NCBI GenBank assembly: GCA_963662315.1
Contig: OY759353.1
Span: 2,304,001-2,368,000 of the forward strand
Source of the DNA: Geopsychrobacteraceae bacterium
GTDB taxonomy: Bacteria; Desulfobacterota; Desulfuromonadia; Desulfuromonadales; Geopsychrobacteraceae
DNA: 64,000 nucleotides
Direction of reading: 5' to 3'
Shown here: positions 12,390-23,671 of the stretch, piece after piece
Layout of the letters: each line of letters starts with the position of its first letter
Position numbering within the stretch: position 1 is the first letter of the stretch
Notes under the pieces: generated by a model
Seen by the model: the letters and a program-made list of their open reading frames with translations, nothing else
What the model was told of the DNA's origin: nothing
Database searches by the model: none
Program-made: the position numbers and the translations under genes

Positions 12390-13610
12390 ATGAGTAAAAA
12401 AGGACAAGTTAAAAAAGCGGTGCTCGCGTATTCAGGCGGGCTGGATACTTCGATTATCCTTAAATGGTTGATCGAAGAATATGGATGTGAAGTGGTCGCC
12501 TTCTCTGCTGACCTTGGCCAAGGTGAAGAGCTTGATCACATTCCCGAAAAAGCCAAAAACACCGGCGCCAGCGCCTGTCATATTCTCGACCTGAAAGAAG
12601 AATTTGCCCGTGACTTCGTCTTCCCGATGTTCCGTGCCAACGCTATCTATGAAGGCCGCTATTTTCTCGGTACCTCCATCGCCCGGCCGCTGATTTCCAA
12701 AGCACAGATGGAAATTGCCGCCCAAGAAGGTGCTGACGCTGTGTCCCACGGTGCCACCGGCAAAGGGAACGATCAGGTCCGTTTTGAAATTTCTTACTAC
12801 CACTTTCACCCATCCGTCACCGTCATCGCTCCATGGCGCGAATGGGACCTGAACAGCCGTACCGCCCTGGAAGCCTACGCCAAGAAACATGGCATTCCAG
12901 TCCCAACCAGTAAAAAATTCCCCTGGAGTTCTGACCGCAACCTGTTGCACATCTCCTTTGAGGGCGACGTTCTGGAAAACCCCTGGGCTGAAGCTCCGGA
13001 AGAAATGTACGTCCTGTCCGTTGCTCCGGAAAACGCTCCCGATCAGCCTGAGTATGTTGAAATTGAGTTTGAAAAAGGTGATGCCGTTGCCGTTAATGGC
13101 GAACGCCTCAGCCCTGCACAGCTGATGCTCAAACTGAATGCACTGGGCGGCAAGCACGGTATCGGTCGCGTCGACCTGATGGAAAACCGTTACGTCGGTA
13201 TGAAAAGCCGCGGTGTCTATGAAACCCCCGGCGGCACTATCCTTGAAGAAGCTCACCGTGCCGTTGAGTCGATTACCATGGACCGCGAAGTTATGCACCT
13301 GCGTGACTCGCTAGTCCCACGCTATGCGGAAATGGTTTACAACGGCTACTGGTTTGCGCCTGAGCGTATCGCTCTGCAGGCCCTGATTGACGAAACCCAG
13401 AAAACCGTTAATGGTAAAGCCCGTATCAAACTGTACAAAGGGCATTGCCGTGTCGTTGGCCGCGATTCCGCAACCGACAGTCTGTTCAATGTTGACTTCG
13501 CCACCTTTGAGGCTGACGAAGTTTACAACCAGGCTGATGCCGAAGGCTTCATTAAGCTGAACGCGCTGCGTCTGCGTATTGCAGCCATGCAACGCGCGGC
13601 TAAAAAGTAA
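12390..13610 (+). CDS. argG: Argininosuccinate synthase
   Basis: [33 protein letters not shown]; start ATG12390 after AAGGAG. Confidence 0.99.
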   Translation: MSKKGQVKKAVLAYSGGLDTSIILKWLIEEYGCEVVAFSADLGQGEELDHIPEKAKNTGASACHILDLKEEFARDFVFPMFRANAIYEGRYFLGTSIARPLISKAQMEIAAQEGADAVSHGATGKGNDQVRFEISYYHFHPSVTVIAPWREWDLNSRTALEAYAKKHGIPVPTSKKFPWSSDRNLLHISFEGDVLENPWAEAPEEMYVLSVAPENAPDQPEYVEIEFEKGDAVAVNGERLSPAQLMLKLNALGGKHGIGRVDLMENRYVGMKSRGVYETPGGTILEEAHRAVESITMDREVMHLRDSLVPRYAEMVYNGYWFAPERIALQALIDETQKTVNGKARIKLYKGHCRVVGRDSATDSLFNVDFATFEADEVYNQADAEGFIKLNALRLRIAAMQRAAKK

Positions 13611-13673
13611 CAGTCGATTAACAAACTGCCTGCAAGAGGCCCTCTAGGGGTTTTGACAGGCGATTACAAATCT

Positions 13674-13718
13674 ACCCTCTCCCTCAGGGAGAGGGTGGCG
13701 CTTGCGCCGGGTGAGGGG
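13674..13718. repeat. Pyrimidine/purine palindromic extragenic repeat (boxC-like)
   Basis: ACCCTCTCCC-TCA-GGGAGAGGGT perfect hairpin, then GGCG-CTTG-CGCC and GGGTGAGGGG, between argG and argH. Confidence 0.55.
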
Positions 13719-13806
13719 CATCCCTTCATCCTGTGGCCACTTTCTCGCCCTGCTGAGAAGTGCAGCAGTCAACCTAATTTTGAACCAGTTAAAGAGAGAT
13801 TTGAAC

Positions 13807-15168
13807 ATGAGTAAGCTCTGGGGTGGTCGTTTTACCCAGCCGACCGATAAGTTTGTCGAAGAATTTACAGCCTCTATCGATTTCGATCAGCGCATGTATC
13901 GTTACGATATTCAAGGCTCAAAAGCTCATGCCGAAATGCTTGGCCGGCAAGACATCATCTCAACCGCTGATGCTCAGCAGATCATCGCCGGCCTGGACGC
14001 AATTCTCGCCGATATTGAAGCGGGCAAAATTGATTTTTTAGTCGAACTCGAAGACATTCACATGAACATCGAATCACGTCTGATTGAACGGATCGGAGCC
14101 GTGGGTGGCAAACTCCATACCGGCCGCAGCCGTAATGATCAGGTTGCCGTAGACATTCGACTCTATCTGCGTGATGAGATCGACACCATCCTGACCTACC
14201 TGAGCAAACTTGAAGGGGCATTAATTTCCCAGGCCGAAGGGAATCTTGATGTCATCATGCCCGGCTACACGCACCTGCAAACCGCACAACCGGTGCTTTA
14301 CAGTCACCACATGCTCGCTTACCGCGAAATGATCGCCCGCGACATCAGCCGCCTGAAGGATCTGCGTGTACGCTTTAATGTTCTTCCACTTGGTGCCGGA
14401 GCGCTGGCCGGGACAACTTTCCCCATCGATCGTGAATGGGTTGCGGAAAAACTCGGCTTTACCGGGGTCACCCGCAACAGCCTTGACAGTGTTTCCGACC
14501 GCGACTTCGCCATCGAGTTCTGCAGCTTTGCCAGTATCCTGATGATGCATCTCTCGCGGCTCTCAGAAGAACTGATCCTGTGGTCGAGCGCCGATTTCAG
14601 CTTCATCGAACTGACCGATGCTTTCTGTACCGGCAGTTCCATCATGCCGCAAAAGAAAAACCCGGATGTTCCTGAGCTGGTTCGCGGTAAAACCGGACGC
14701 GTTTACGGTAACCTGATGGCGATGCTGACGCTGATGAAATCACTGCCTCTCGCTTACAACAAAGACATGCAGGAAGATAAAGAGCCACTGTTTGATACCA
14801 TCGACACAGTCAAAGGCAGTCTCAAAATCTTTGCCGACATGATTGCCGAAATGAAGGTCAAAGCGGATAATATGCGCATTGCCGCTGCTCGTGGTTTCTC
14901 TACAGCTACCGATGTCGCTGACTACTGTGTGCGCAAAGGACTCCCCTTCCGCCAGGCTCACGAGGTTGTCGGAAAAACCGTCCGCTACTGTGTGGAAACT
15001 GGTAAAGATATTCCGGAGTTGTCACTGGCTGAATTCCGTGAATTCTCCGACCTGATCGAGGCGGATATTTACGATTACGTCACCCTCGACGCCTCGGTCA
15101 ATGCCCGTAAAGCCACGGGTGGAACAGCCCGTGAAGCGGTTGAGCGTGAACTCAGCCGCCTGAAGTAA
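13807..15168 (+). CDS. argH: Argininosuccinate lyase
   Basis: [38 protein letters not shown]; start ATG13807. Confidence 0.99.
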   Translation: MSKLWGGRFTQPTDKFVEEFTASIDFDQRMYRYDIQGSKAHAEMLGRQDIISTADAQQIIAGLDAILADIEAGKIDFLVELEDIHMNIESRLIERIGAVGGKLHTGRSRNDQVAVDIRLYLRDEIDTILTYLSKLEGALISQAEGNLDVIMPGYTHLQTAQPVLYSHHMLAYREMIARDISRLKDLRVRFNVLPLGAGALAGTTFPIDREWVAEKLGFTGVTRNSLDSVSDRDFAIEFCSFASILMMHLSRLSEELILWSSADFSFIELTDAFCTGSSIMPQKKNPDVPELVRGKTGRVYGNLMAMLTLMKSLPLAYNKDMQEDKEPLFDTIDTVKGSLKIFADMIAEMKVKADNMRIAAARGFSTATDVADYCVRKGLPFRQAHEVVGKTVRYCVETGKDIPELSLAEFREFSDLIEADIYDYVTLDASVNARKATGGTAREAVERELSRLK

Positions 15169-15178
15169 GATCTTGATT

Positions 15179-15334
15179 ATGCGTGCGCACAGCGGACTTA
15201 TTGTTATACTGTTGTTCATCGGCCTGCTGCTTGCCGGGTGTGGAAAAAAAGGCCCGGTTCGTCCGTTAACCGGGCCATTACCAGTAAACAGCGTCACCAA
15301 AGACCAGAAGCCATTACCCGACTGCTGTAACTGA
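15179..15334 (+). CDS. lptM: Small LptM/YifL(LppL)-like lipoprotein, 51 aa, absent from the ORF track
   Basis: MRAHSGLIVILLFIGLLLAG-CGKKGPVRP...DCCN*: lipobox LAGC plus CGxKGP motif; adjacent to dap genes like yifL/lppL. Confidence 0.75.
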   Translation: MRAHSGLIVILLFIGLLLAGCGKKGPVRPLTGPLPVNSVTKDQKPLPDCCN

Positions 15335-15441
15335 GAGCTGATAACAACATGCCCCTGGAGATAACAGGTACAGCCCTTTACTTTCCTAAAGGGGTATGTT
15401 AGCAGTATTCCCTTATACCCAAGTCCTTTAGGGAGGAAAGA

Positions 15442-16317
15442 ATGTTCCAAGGATCTATGGTTGCCCTGATCACCCCCTTCACTGCTGAAGGCCGGTTTGA
15501 TGAGGAAACCTACCGCCAGTTGATCGAGTTCCAGATTGAAAACGGAACGGATGTAATCGTTCCCTGTGGCACCACCGGGGAATCGGCAACCCTTGATTAT
15601 GAAGAGCACAATAAGGTCATCCTAGCCTGTATTGAACAAGTCAATAAACGTGTCCCGGTCATGGCTGGTACCGGTTCCAACTCCACCGCTGAAGCGATAG
15701 CGATCAGCAGCCATGCAAAAGAGATGGGGGCCGATGGCGTCCTGCTCGTCGCGCCATACTACAATAAGCCTTCTCAGGAAGGCCTGTTTCAGCACTTTAA
15801 GGCAATTGCTGAGGCGGTCGCTCTTCCCCAGATTCTTTATAATGTCCCGGGCCGAACAGGTGTCAACATGACTGCTGCAACGACGGTTCGTCTGGCACAG
15901 ATTGATAATATCGTCGCAATAAAAGAGGCATCAGGCGATCTGACTCAGGCCAGTGAAATCATTGCCCAGGCCGGAGACAAGATCAACGTTATTTCCGGTG
16001 ACGATTTTCTGACCCTGCCGATGATGGCCTGTGGTGGTAAAGGCGTTATTTCAGTAACAGCCAATATCATGCCGGCTGAGGTCAAAGCCATGGTCAAAGC
16101 TGTTCAGGAAAACCGTTATGCAGACGCCCGCAAACTGCACCTTGAACTGCTGGACGTTCATCAGGCCATGTTCGTTGAAACCAATCCAGTGCCGGTCAAA
16201 ACTGCCGCAGCCCTGATGGGTCAGTGTCTTCCAGATGTTCGTTTGCCCCTGGTAGCACTGCAACAGACATCGCTGGACAAACTGAAAACCGTTTTAAGCA
16301 AACACCGCCTGATCTGA
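15442..16317 (+). CDS. dapA: 4-hydroxy-tetrahydrodipicolinate synthase
   Basis: ALITPF, GTTGES, PYYNKP, YNVPGRT, IKEASG, NPVPVK. Confidence 0.98.
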   Translation: MFQGSMVALITPFTAEGRFDEETYRQLIEFQIENGTDVIVPCGTTGESATLDYEEHNKVILACIEQVNKRVPVMAGTGSNSTAEAIAISSHAKEMGADGVLLVAPYYNKPSQEGLFQHFKAIAEAVALPQILYNVPGRTGVNMTAATTVRLAQIDNIVAIKEASGDLTQASEIIAQAGDKINVISGDDFLTLPMMACGGKGVISVTANIMPAEVKAMVKAVQENRYADARKLHLELLDVHQAMFVETNPVPVKTAAALMGQCLPDVRLPLVALQQTSLDKLKTVLSKHRLI

Positions 16318-16347
16318 TTCAGCTTCGGGCTAAAGGAAGACTAATAT

Positions 16348-17148
16348 ATGAAAGTTGCAGTTATTGGTGCCGCAGGTCGCATGGGGGGGCGCTTGATTCA
16401 CGCCGTCTGTGAAGCAGAAGGACTGACCCTGAGTGGCGCAATTGAACGTTCCGGCCATCCCCAGGTCGGTATGGATGCAGGCCTGGTAGCCGGTGTCGGC
16501 CCACTGGGAGTTCTCATTAGTGATGACCTGGCTGCGACCATGGAACAGGCTGATGTCCTGATCGATTTCACTTTTCCGGAAGTTACTCTCAACAATCTTG
16601 AGGTGTGTGCTAACCTGGGCAAAATGGTGGTCAGTGGTTCCACAGGCTTTACCCCGGAACAAAAGGCCAAAGCAGAAGGCTACGCCAAACAGATCTCGGT
16701 GGTGCTGGCACCAAACATGAGTGTCGGTGTCAATGCCTGCTTTAAACTGCTGAAAGAGACGGCCAAAATTCTGGGACCCGACTTTGATGTCGAGATTGTC
16801 GAACTGCATCACAACAAAAAGAAAGACTCCCCTTCAGGTACCGCGGTGCGTATGGGTGAAGTCGTCGCTGATGCCTTGGGTCGTGACTATAATAGTGTCG
16901 CCAACTATCATCGTGAAGGAATGTGTGGTGAGCGCAGTAAAGAAGAAATCGGCATGCAGACCGTCCGTGGTGGAGACATCGTGGGTGAGCATACGGTCTA
17001 CTTTATCGGTATGGGCGAACGCATCGAAATCAGCCATCGTGCCATGAGTCGCGATATGTTTGCCCGTGGCGCCGCCAGAGCCTGCCAGTGGCTACAGCAT
17101 CAACAGCCCGGGCTTTACGATATGCAGGACGTTCTTGGGTTGCGTTAA
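16348..17148 (+). CDS. dapB: 4-hydroxy-tetrahydrodipicolinate reductase
   Basis: GAAGRMG, IDFT, ELHHNKKKDSPSGTA, RGGDIVGEH. Confidence 0.98.
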   Translation: MKVAVIGAAGRMGGRLIHAVCEAEGLTLSGAIERSGHPQVGMDAGLVAGVGPLGVLISDDLAATMEQADVLIDFTFPEVTLNNLEVCANLGKMVVSGSTGFTPEQKAKAEGYAKQISVVLAPNMSVGVNACFKLLKETAKILGPDFDVEIVELHHNKKKDSPSGTAVRMGEVVADALGRDYNSVANYHREGMCGERSKEEIGMQTVRGGDIVGEHTVYFIGMGERIEISHRAMSRDMFARGAARACQWLQHQQPGLYDMQDVLGLR

Positions 17149-17250
17149 GGGCGCTTCAGCATTGGACTCAGAAATAAAATAAATTAATTTAGGCGGTTTG
17201 CATGCAGACCGCCTTTCATCTATAAGAAAAACTATCAGGAGAATCTGAAC

Positions 17251-18486
17251 ATGGCAAAAATCAACGATAATTACCTTAAGCTGAAAGCGGGCTACCTGTT
17301 TCCGGAAATTTCCCGCCGCGTCAAAGAGTTCACCACGGCCAACCCCACGGCTAAAGTTATTCGCCTGGGTATCGGTGATGTTACCCAGCCACTGGCACCA
17401 GCGGTTCTGAAAGCCTTCCATGACGCCGTCGACGACCTTGCCACGACTGAAAACTTCGCCGGCTACGGTCCGGAACAGGGCTACACCTGGCTATCCGAAG
17501 TTATCATTGAAAAGAGCTACAAACCCCTGGGTGTTGACCTTAAAGCCAACGAGATGTTCATTTCCGACGGCTCTAAGTGCGACTGTGCCAATATGCTCGA
17601 CATCTTCGCCCTCGACAATGTCGTTGCTATCGGTGATCCGGTTTATCCCGTTTACAATGACACCAATGTGATGATCGGTCGTACCGGTGAAGCTGATGAA
17701 AAAGGCTATTACAAAGGGATTGTCTATCTCCCCTTCACCGAAGAAAACAACTTTGTTCCGGAGTTGCCAAAAGAAAAGGTCGATATTATTTATCTGTGCT
17801 TCCCCAATAACCCGACCGGCACTATCGCAACCAAAGAGCAGCTCAAAGTATGGGTTGACTACGCTTTGGAAAACGATGCCATCATCTTCTTTGATGCCGC
17901 CTATGAGGCCTTCATTACCACCCCTGGCATTCCTCACTCCATCTATGAAATCGAAGGGGCCAAGAAATGTGCGATTGAATTCCGCTCCTTCTCCAAAACC
18001 GCAGGTTTCACCGGTGTCCGCTGTGGACTGGTCGTTATCCCAGAAGAAGTTACCGGCACCAAAGCCAATGGTGAGCGTTACTCGATGAATAAACTGTGGC
18101 TGCGCCGCATGACCACCAAATTCAACGGCACCTCCTACCCGGTTCAGAAAGCGGCTGCCGCCGTCTATTCTGACGAAGGATGGAAACAGACCAAGGAAAT
18201 CATTGACTACTACATGAACAATGCCCGTATCATCCGTGAAGGGCTCCAGTCTGCCGGCATCACCTGCTACGGTGGTGTCGACTCACCATACATCTGGCTG
18301 AAAACCCCTGAAGGGCTGAGCAGCTGGGATTTCTTTGACAAACTGCTGCAGGAATGCAACGTTGTCGGTACCCCGGGCAGCGGCTTCGGCCCCTGCGGTG
18401 AAGGCTACTTCCGCCTCTCCGCATTCGGTGATGTTAACAATGTCACCACCGCAGTTGAGCGCATTAAAGCCAAATGGGGTAAATAA
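17251..18486 (+). CDS. dapL: LL-diaminopimelate aminotransferase
   Basis: [53 protein letters not shown]. Confidence 0.97.
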   Translation: MAKINDNYLKLKAGYLFPEISRRVKEFTTANPTAKVIRLGIGDVTQPLAPAVLKAFHDAVDDLATTENFAGYGPEQGYTWLSEVIIEKSYKPLGVDLKANEMFISDGSKCDCANMLDIFALDNVVAIGDPVYPVYNDTNVMIGRTGEADEKGYYKGIVYLPFTEENNFVPELPKEKVDIIYLCFPNNPTGTIATKEQLKVWVDYALENDAIIFFDAAYEAFITTPGIPHSIYEIEGAKKCAIEFRSFSKTAGFTGVRCGLVVIPEEVTGTKANGERYSMNKLWLRRMTTKFNGTSYPVQKAAAAVYSDEGWKQTKEIIDYYMNNARIIREGLQSAGITCYGGVDSPYIWLKTPEGLSSWDFFDKLLQECNVVGTPGSGFGPCGEGYFRLSAFGDVNNVTTAVERIKAKWGK

Positions 18487-18522
18487 CAACCACTAATTAG
18501 CATCAAAAAGGAGGTTTCCACA

Positions 18523-19026
18523 ATGCATGAAAAAAGTATCAGCCTGTTAAACGAAGCTGTAGCCGATGAAATTACCGCTCTCCACCAGTATATGTACTTT
18601 CACTTTCATTGTGACGACCAGGGCTTTGATCTTCTTGCCGACCTGTTTAAAAGAACAGCTATCGAAGAGATGATGCATGTTGAAAGACTGGCCGAACGGA
18701 TAATCTTCCTGAATGGCGATGTGGAAATGAAAGCCTCTGCTGAGGTCCAAAAAATGACCGATGTCGAAGCGATGCTGAAAATGGCAAAGCAGATGGAAGA
18801 AGAAAGTGCCCTTGCCTACAACCGCTGGGCAGTCGAATGTGGCTCCAATGCAGACTCAGTCTCCAAGACCCTGTTCGAAAGCTTGGTCGTCGATGAAGAA
18901 CGTCATTATGATCAATATGATGACGAAATTGAAAACCTCAATCGCTTCGGCAAAGAGTATCTTGCCCTGCAGTCCATTGAGCGGAGTAAAACGCGTCGCG
19001 GCATGGGTGGCCCTGGTGCGGCCTGA
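18523..19026 (+). CDS. bfr: Bacterioferritin
   Basis: Ferroxidase ligands E..A.HQY, EEMMH (including the heme-ligand-position Met), EE, DEERH. Confidence 0.85.
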   Translation: MHEKSISLLNEAVADEITALHQYMYFHFHCDDQGFDLLADLFKRTAIEEMMHVERLAERIIFLNGDVEMKASAEVQKMTDVEAMLKMAKQMEEESALAYNRWAVECGSNADSVSKTLFESLVVDEERHYDQYDDEIENLNRFGKEYLALQSIERSKTRRGMGGPGAA

Positions 19027-19050
19027 TCTTTTCCACTTTAGCTAACAACC

Positions 19051-19079
19051 AAGGGCGGCCGTTTCGGTCGCCCTTTTTT
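19051..19079 (+). terminator. Intrinsic terminator after bfr
   Basis: AAGGGCGGCCG-TTT-CGGTCGCCCTT followed by a T run. Confidence 0.85.
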
Positions 19080-19155
19080 ACTAATCTTTGACTTTAATTC
19101 AATGTATTATTTTTGAACTTTGCATCCCAATGAACAGAAGATGGAGTATTTTAGT

Positions 19156-20037
19156 ATGATTGATCTCAAACCAGAAGTTATTGCTCAACTCGAAAGGGTA
19201 TTAAGTTCAGTTGAAATGTTGCTGCCCAAAGCGACCAAGCCAATTGACTGGAAGACCTGTTATGCCGCCAACTGGCGCCGCCATTCTTTTTCCGGTTACC
19301 TTGAACCGGTTAAAGTCACTGACAATACCCGCCTGGAAGAGCTTCTGGGGGTTGAAAAACAAAAAGACATTATGATCAACAATACCCGCCAGTTTCTCCA
19401 GGGACTGCCAGCCAACAATGCACTGCTATGGGGTTCTCGCGGGACCGGAAAATCATCCCTGGTTAAAGCCCTGCTCAATGAATACGCCGAACAGGGGTTG
19501 CGTGTCATCCAGGTTGAAAAAGAGGACCTCATCTATATTGCCGAAATCTTTGCCGCCGTTGAAGATCAACCCTACCGCTTTATCATGCTCTGCGACGACC
19601 TGACCTTTGAAACCGGCGAACTCTCCTACAAAATGCTCAAAAGCGCCCTCGATGGCTCGGTTTATTCAGCACCGGAAAACGTTCTGATCTACGTTACCTC
19701 CAACCGTCGCTACTTGCTTCCCGAATATGACAGTGATCACTTAGGAGGGAAATACGTTAAGGGAGAGCTGCAACAGAGCGAAATACAAGAGGAGAAAAGT
19801 TCTCTGTCTGACCGTTTCGGCCTGTGGGTTGCCTTCCACGTATTCTCTCAGGACCGTTATTTGGATTCGGTCAGATTATGCATCGAACGCTGGAGCAAAC
19901 AACTTGGTAAAGAAATTCCTTTTGACAGCGAACTAGAACAGGCCGCCATCAAATGGACTCACGAGAAGACCAAGCGCTGCGGAAGAACGGCATATCAGTT
20001 TTCCAAGAACTGGGTTGGCAAGTATCTGTTGAAGTAA
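19156..20037 (+). CDS. DUF815-family AAA+ ATPase
   Basis: ANNALLWGSRGTGKSSL, CDDL, TSNRR, SLSDRFGLW. Confidence 0.9.
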   Translation: MIDLKPEVIAQLERVLSSVEMLLPKATKPIDWKTCYAANWRRHSFSGYLEPVKVTDNTRLEELLGVEKQKDIMINNTRQFLQGLPANNALLWGSRGTGKSSLVKALLNEYAEQGLRVIQVEKEDLIYIAEIFAAVEDQPYRFIMLCDDLTFETGELSYKMLKSALDGSVYSAPENVLIYVTSNRRYLLPEYDSDHLGGKYVKGELQQSEIQEEKSSLSDRFGLWVAFHVFSQDRYLDSVRLCIERWSKQLGKEIPFDSELEQAAIKWTHEKTKRCGRTAYQFSKNWVGKYLLK

Positions 20038-20042
20038 TTAAG

Positions 20043-20077
20043 AAGCCTCGTTTATACAACTATAAACGAGGCTTTTT
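20043..20077. terminator. Terminator between the convergent DUF815 ATPase and hlyD
   Basis: AAGCCTCGTTTATA-CAAC-TATAAACGAGGCTT followed by TTT. Confidence 0.8.
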
Positions 20078-20264
20078 GCGTAATATTTTAGCGGTTAGCA
20101 GATTCAAAAATTCTTGGGTTATCTGTCAGAGGAACAGAAAGGTCCTTCATGGAATCAGTATATTCATGTTCAGAATATTGAACCAATTGATACCCAACCA
20201 AACCGAAGCTACTTGTTTTTGATACTTAACTATTATCCCCGCACAAAAGACACCTTAAACTCCT

Positions 20265-21572
20265 TTACCGCACACTCATCCCCTCATCAAGATACTTGAT
20301 CAGAGGATAGATAAAGAACTCGATAATCCGCCGTTTACCAACTTTGATCTCAGCCGCAACACTCATCCCGGCAACAATCGGCGTTGCCACTCCTTCGACC
20401 ATAAGCGTTGTCTGCTGCGGCTGAATATAGACTTCATAGACCAGTCCCATCTGCTCATCTTCGATACTGTCTTTGGACACCTGCTGTACCGTTCCATCAA
20501 GGGTGCCATACTTCTGGAAATTGAAGGTATCTATCTTGATGGACGCTTCCATATCGGAGGCGACAAAGCCGGCGTCCTTATTGAGCAGCTGGGCTTTGAT
20601 CAGCAAGGGCGAATCATCCGGAACAATATAGGCCAGCTTTTCTGCGGGAGTAACAACTCCGCCAATGGTATGAAACAGCAAGCGCGAGACATAGCCATCA
20701 ACTGGAGCGGTAATCTGCTGGCGGTGGCTGCGAAACTCGGTCTGATCGATTTGCGCCCGTAAATAGAGTTTGCGCTGCTGTTTTTCGGCCAATTCGGTGA
20801 GCAACCGATTGCGATTTTGTTCGGTGAGATAGGCGATCTCTTTCTGGGTCTGCATCTTACGCGCGCTGATTTCGCTACGCTGATGCTGCCCGGACTCCAG
20901 TTCGGTCTGATTTTTACGTAATTCGCTCTGGGTCTGCTCATAATCGTCGCGACTGAGAATATCGCGAACCTGATCCAGACGCTGTAAACGCTGTTGCAAC
21001 AGTTCGACCATATACCTGGCATGAGCCATGGAGCTGTTCAGCGCCAGCAATTGTTCATCCAGCTGCTCCAGAACCTGCTCCTTGGCCTGGATCTGCTCAG
21101 CAAGACTCTGCCGTTCGGCAAGGTAGATCTGTTGCTGAACCAGAATACTGTCCGGATCGGACGTAGCTAACGGCATAAAGGGTTTGTCATTCAGCAGCGC
21201 CGCAATTCGTACAACTTCCAGTTCCACCTGCTGGAGATCCGCTTTATACGAAACCAATTCAGGATCGACATCGGACGGATCGATCTCAAGCAGAACCTGC
21301 CCCTGGGTAACATGATCCCCGGCAGCAACCAGAATACTGCGCACCACCCCAGTATTAAGGGGCTGCAAGATCTTGACTTCACCACTGGGAATAACGCGTC
21401 CACGCGCCGTGACGACAACATCAACCTGACCAATCAGCATCCACAGCAGCGTAAAAACCAAGGCCGTGATAATAATCCAGAAGATGGCGCGACCCAACGG
21501 GTTGAGGGGGCGGTCTTCGATCTCGACCAGAAGCGGTTTGAATTCGTGTTTATCGTTGAGTTTCTCAGCCAT
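20265..21572 (-). CDS. hlyD: HlyD-family type I secretion periplasmic adaptor
   Basis: N-terminal TM, ARGRVIP, coiled coil, ITAPVDG, GGVVTPAE, GKRRIIEFFIYPL. Confidence 0.95.
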   Translation of the reverse strand: MAEKLNDKHEFKPLLVEIEDRPLNPLGRAIFWIIITALVFTLLWMLIGQVDVVVTARGRVIPSGEVKILQPLNTGVVRSILVAAGDHVTQGQVLLEIDPSDVDPELVSYKADLQQVELEVVRIAALLNDKPFMPLATSDPDSILVQQQIYLAERQSLAEQIQAKEQVLEQLDEQLLALNSSMAHARYMVELLQQRLQRLDQVRDILSRDDYEQTQSELRKNQTELESGQHQRSEISARKMQTQKEIAYLTEQNRNRLLTELAEKQQRKLYLRAQIDQTEFRSHRQQITAPVDGYVSRLLFHTIGGVVTPAEKLAYIVPDDSPLLIKAQLLNKDAGFVASDMEASIKIDTFNFQKYGTLDGTVQQVSKDSIEDEQMGLVYEVYIQPQQTTLMVEGVATPIVAGMSVAAEIKVGKRRIIEFFIYPLIKYLDEGMSVR

Positions 21573-23671
21573 CAGATACCCTGCTGTGCATGAAGATGAT
21601 GATAGTAACCACGCGCCTGCAAAAGCTGTTCATGGGTTCCGGATTCCACCAGGCGCCCCTTTTCCAGAACCAGGATCAGGTCACAATCCCGAATGGTTGC
21701 CAACCGGTGAGCAACTATCAAGGTGGTACGTCCCTGCTTGATCTTCTGCATATTGTTCTGGATGATCTTTTCCGACTCGTAATCGAGAGCCGAAGTCGCT
21801 TCATCAAAAATCAACAGCCTGGGATTGTTGATCAGGGCTCTGGCAATAGCAATGCGCTGTCGCTGCCCACCAGACAGGGAACTGCCGCGTTCGCTGACCG
21901 CAGTATCGTAGCCTTCAGGAAGTTGGGAGATGAACTCATGGGCTCCGGCGATTTTAGCGACATGGAGAATCAACTCCATAGGCGCATCCGGTTTGGGCAG
22001 GGCGATGTTATCGCGGATAGTGCCACTGAACAGGTAATTCTCCTGTAGGACAACCCCGATGTTATAGCGCAACCAGAATGGGTTCAGATGACGAGCATCA
22101 ATATCGTCAATATAGATCGCTCCTTCACTGGGAATGTACAGCCGCTGCAATAGCTTGGCCAGGGTACTCTTCCCGCTGCCGCTACGCCCGACAATGCCGA
22201 CACTCATACCCGGCTGAATCTCAACACTCAGGGCATCCAGAACATTTGGTCCGCCGGGATGATATTTGAAGCCGACCTGTTCCAGCTTTAACGCTCCTTT
22301 TAATTGCGGTAAGGTGATGGCTTTATCGTTGGTGACTTCTTGTGGATGGTTGAGAATATCCCCAAGACGGTCAACCGACAGCAGGGCCTGCTGAAACTCG
22401 TTCCACAGGTTGACCAGGCGTAAGACCGGTGCTGTAAACTGACCAGAGAACATCTGAAAGGCGATCAACTGACCAATTGTCAAGTCCCCCTGCAGAACCG
22501 CCTTGACGCCAAGGTACAAAACCGAGATGGTCATCAAGCGCCGTAAAGTCCCCGAAATGGCTCCGGAAATGTTGGACATATTGGCCAGTTTGAAACTGGA
22601 ATTGACATAGCGCCCCAGGTGATCTTCCCAACGATTTTGCATGTTCCCTTCAACCGCCAGGGATTTGACTGTCTGCACTCCGGTAACCGATTCTACGAGA
22701 TAAGAGTTGGATGCTGCGGCCATTTGAAATTTGCCTTCCAAGCGTCTTCGTAGTTCTGGAGTAATCATCAGATATAAAATTCCGATGACTGTAACAAAAC
22801 CAAGGACAATCAAGGTTAACTTGACACTGTAGAGCAACATAACAGCCACGAACACCAGCGAAAAGAACAGGTCGATGATGACGCTGACCGCTTTGTTGGT
22901 AATGAATTCACGAATGGTATCGAGTTCGCGTACCCGCGCAGCGATATTCCCTACTTGGCGCGCTTCGAAGTAACGAAACGGTAAGGCCAGCAGATGGCGA
23001 AACAGCTTGGCGCCGAGCTTGGCATCCAGTTTATGCGCGGTATGGATAAATATGTAATTTCGGGAAATATTGAGTAACAGTTCAAAGACGGTGACCGCCA
23101 GAAACGCAATCCCCAGCACATCGAGGGTCGTCAGACTATGGTGGACAATAACCTTATCGAGGATCACCTGAGTGAAAAGTGGCGTGACCAGACCGAACAG
23201 TTGGACAACAAAGGAGCCGAGCAGTACCTCGCCGATAATGCGCTTGAATTTGATGATCTCATGCAGAAACCATCCGAAACCGAAGACGATCTGTGAATTG
23301 ATTTTTTTGTGTTTTAGGATGATGAACTGACGGCATTCCTGTTCCAGTTCGGAGCACTCTTTTTCAAGAGTCTTTTTTGCCACGGGGTCAAACAGCAGAC
23401 ATTTTTCACCATCCTGATCAAATTTGAGTAAAACGACATAGTCTCCAGCTGCAGTAATAGCGATGGCGGGTAAAGGGTAGCCCTGCTGATTTAATTTGTT
23501 TAAGGGCAGTGTTTTCAGTTTGACTTTGAAGTCGTAACGCTTGGCGATGCGAACTAGCTCTTCAGCTGAGACCTGCTCCTGTAACCCGGATTCGCGGGCA
23601 ATGGCTCGGATGTCAACATCGATCCGGTTCAGGCGGGCGACGACTTCAAAAGCGATCAGGGCACTGTTCAT
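21572..23671 (-). CDS. hlyB: HlyB-family type I secretion ABC transporter (degenerate C39-like domain)
   Basis: LVTPLFTQVILDKV, GRSGSGKST, LSGGQRQRIAIARAL, DEATSALD; no catalytic Cys visible in the N-terminal domain. Confidence 0.96.
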   Translation of the reverse strand: MNSALIAFEVVARLNRIDVDIRAIARESGLQEQVSAEELVRIAKRYDFKVKLKTLPLNKLNQQGYPLPAIAITAAGDYVVLLKFDQDGEKCLLFDPVAKKTLEKECSELEQECRQFIILKHKKINSQIVFGFGWFLHEIIKFKRIIGEVLLGSFVVQLFGLVTPLFTQVILDKVIVHHSLTTLDVLGIAFLAVTVFELLLNISRNYIFIHTAHKLDAKLGAKLFRHLLALPFRYFEARQVGNIAARVRELDTIREFITNKAVSVIIDLFFSLVFVAVMLLYSVKLTLIVLGFVTVIGILYLMITPELRRRLEGKFQMAAASNSYLVESVTGVQTVKSLAVEGNMQNRWEDHLGRYVNSSFKLANMSNISGAISGTLRRLMTISVLYLGVKAVLQGDLTIGQLIAFQMFSGQFTAPVLRLVNLWNEFQQALLSVDRLGDILNHPQEVTNDKAITLPQLKGALKLEQVGFKYHPGGPNVLDALSVEIQPGMSVGIVGRSGSGKSTLAKLLQRLYIPSEGAIYIDDIDARHLNPFWLRYNIGVVLQENYLFSGTIRDNIALPKPDAPMELILHVAKIAGAHEFISQLPEGYDTAVSERGSSLSGGQRQRIAIARALINNPRLLIFDEATSALDYESEKIIQNNMQKIKQGRTTLIVAHRLATIRDCDLILVLEKGRLVESGTHEQLLQARGYYHHLHAQQGI

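Noticed and set aside
15335..15441. Possible lysine riboswitch before dapA
   Set aside because: The region is too short and lacks L-box motifs.
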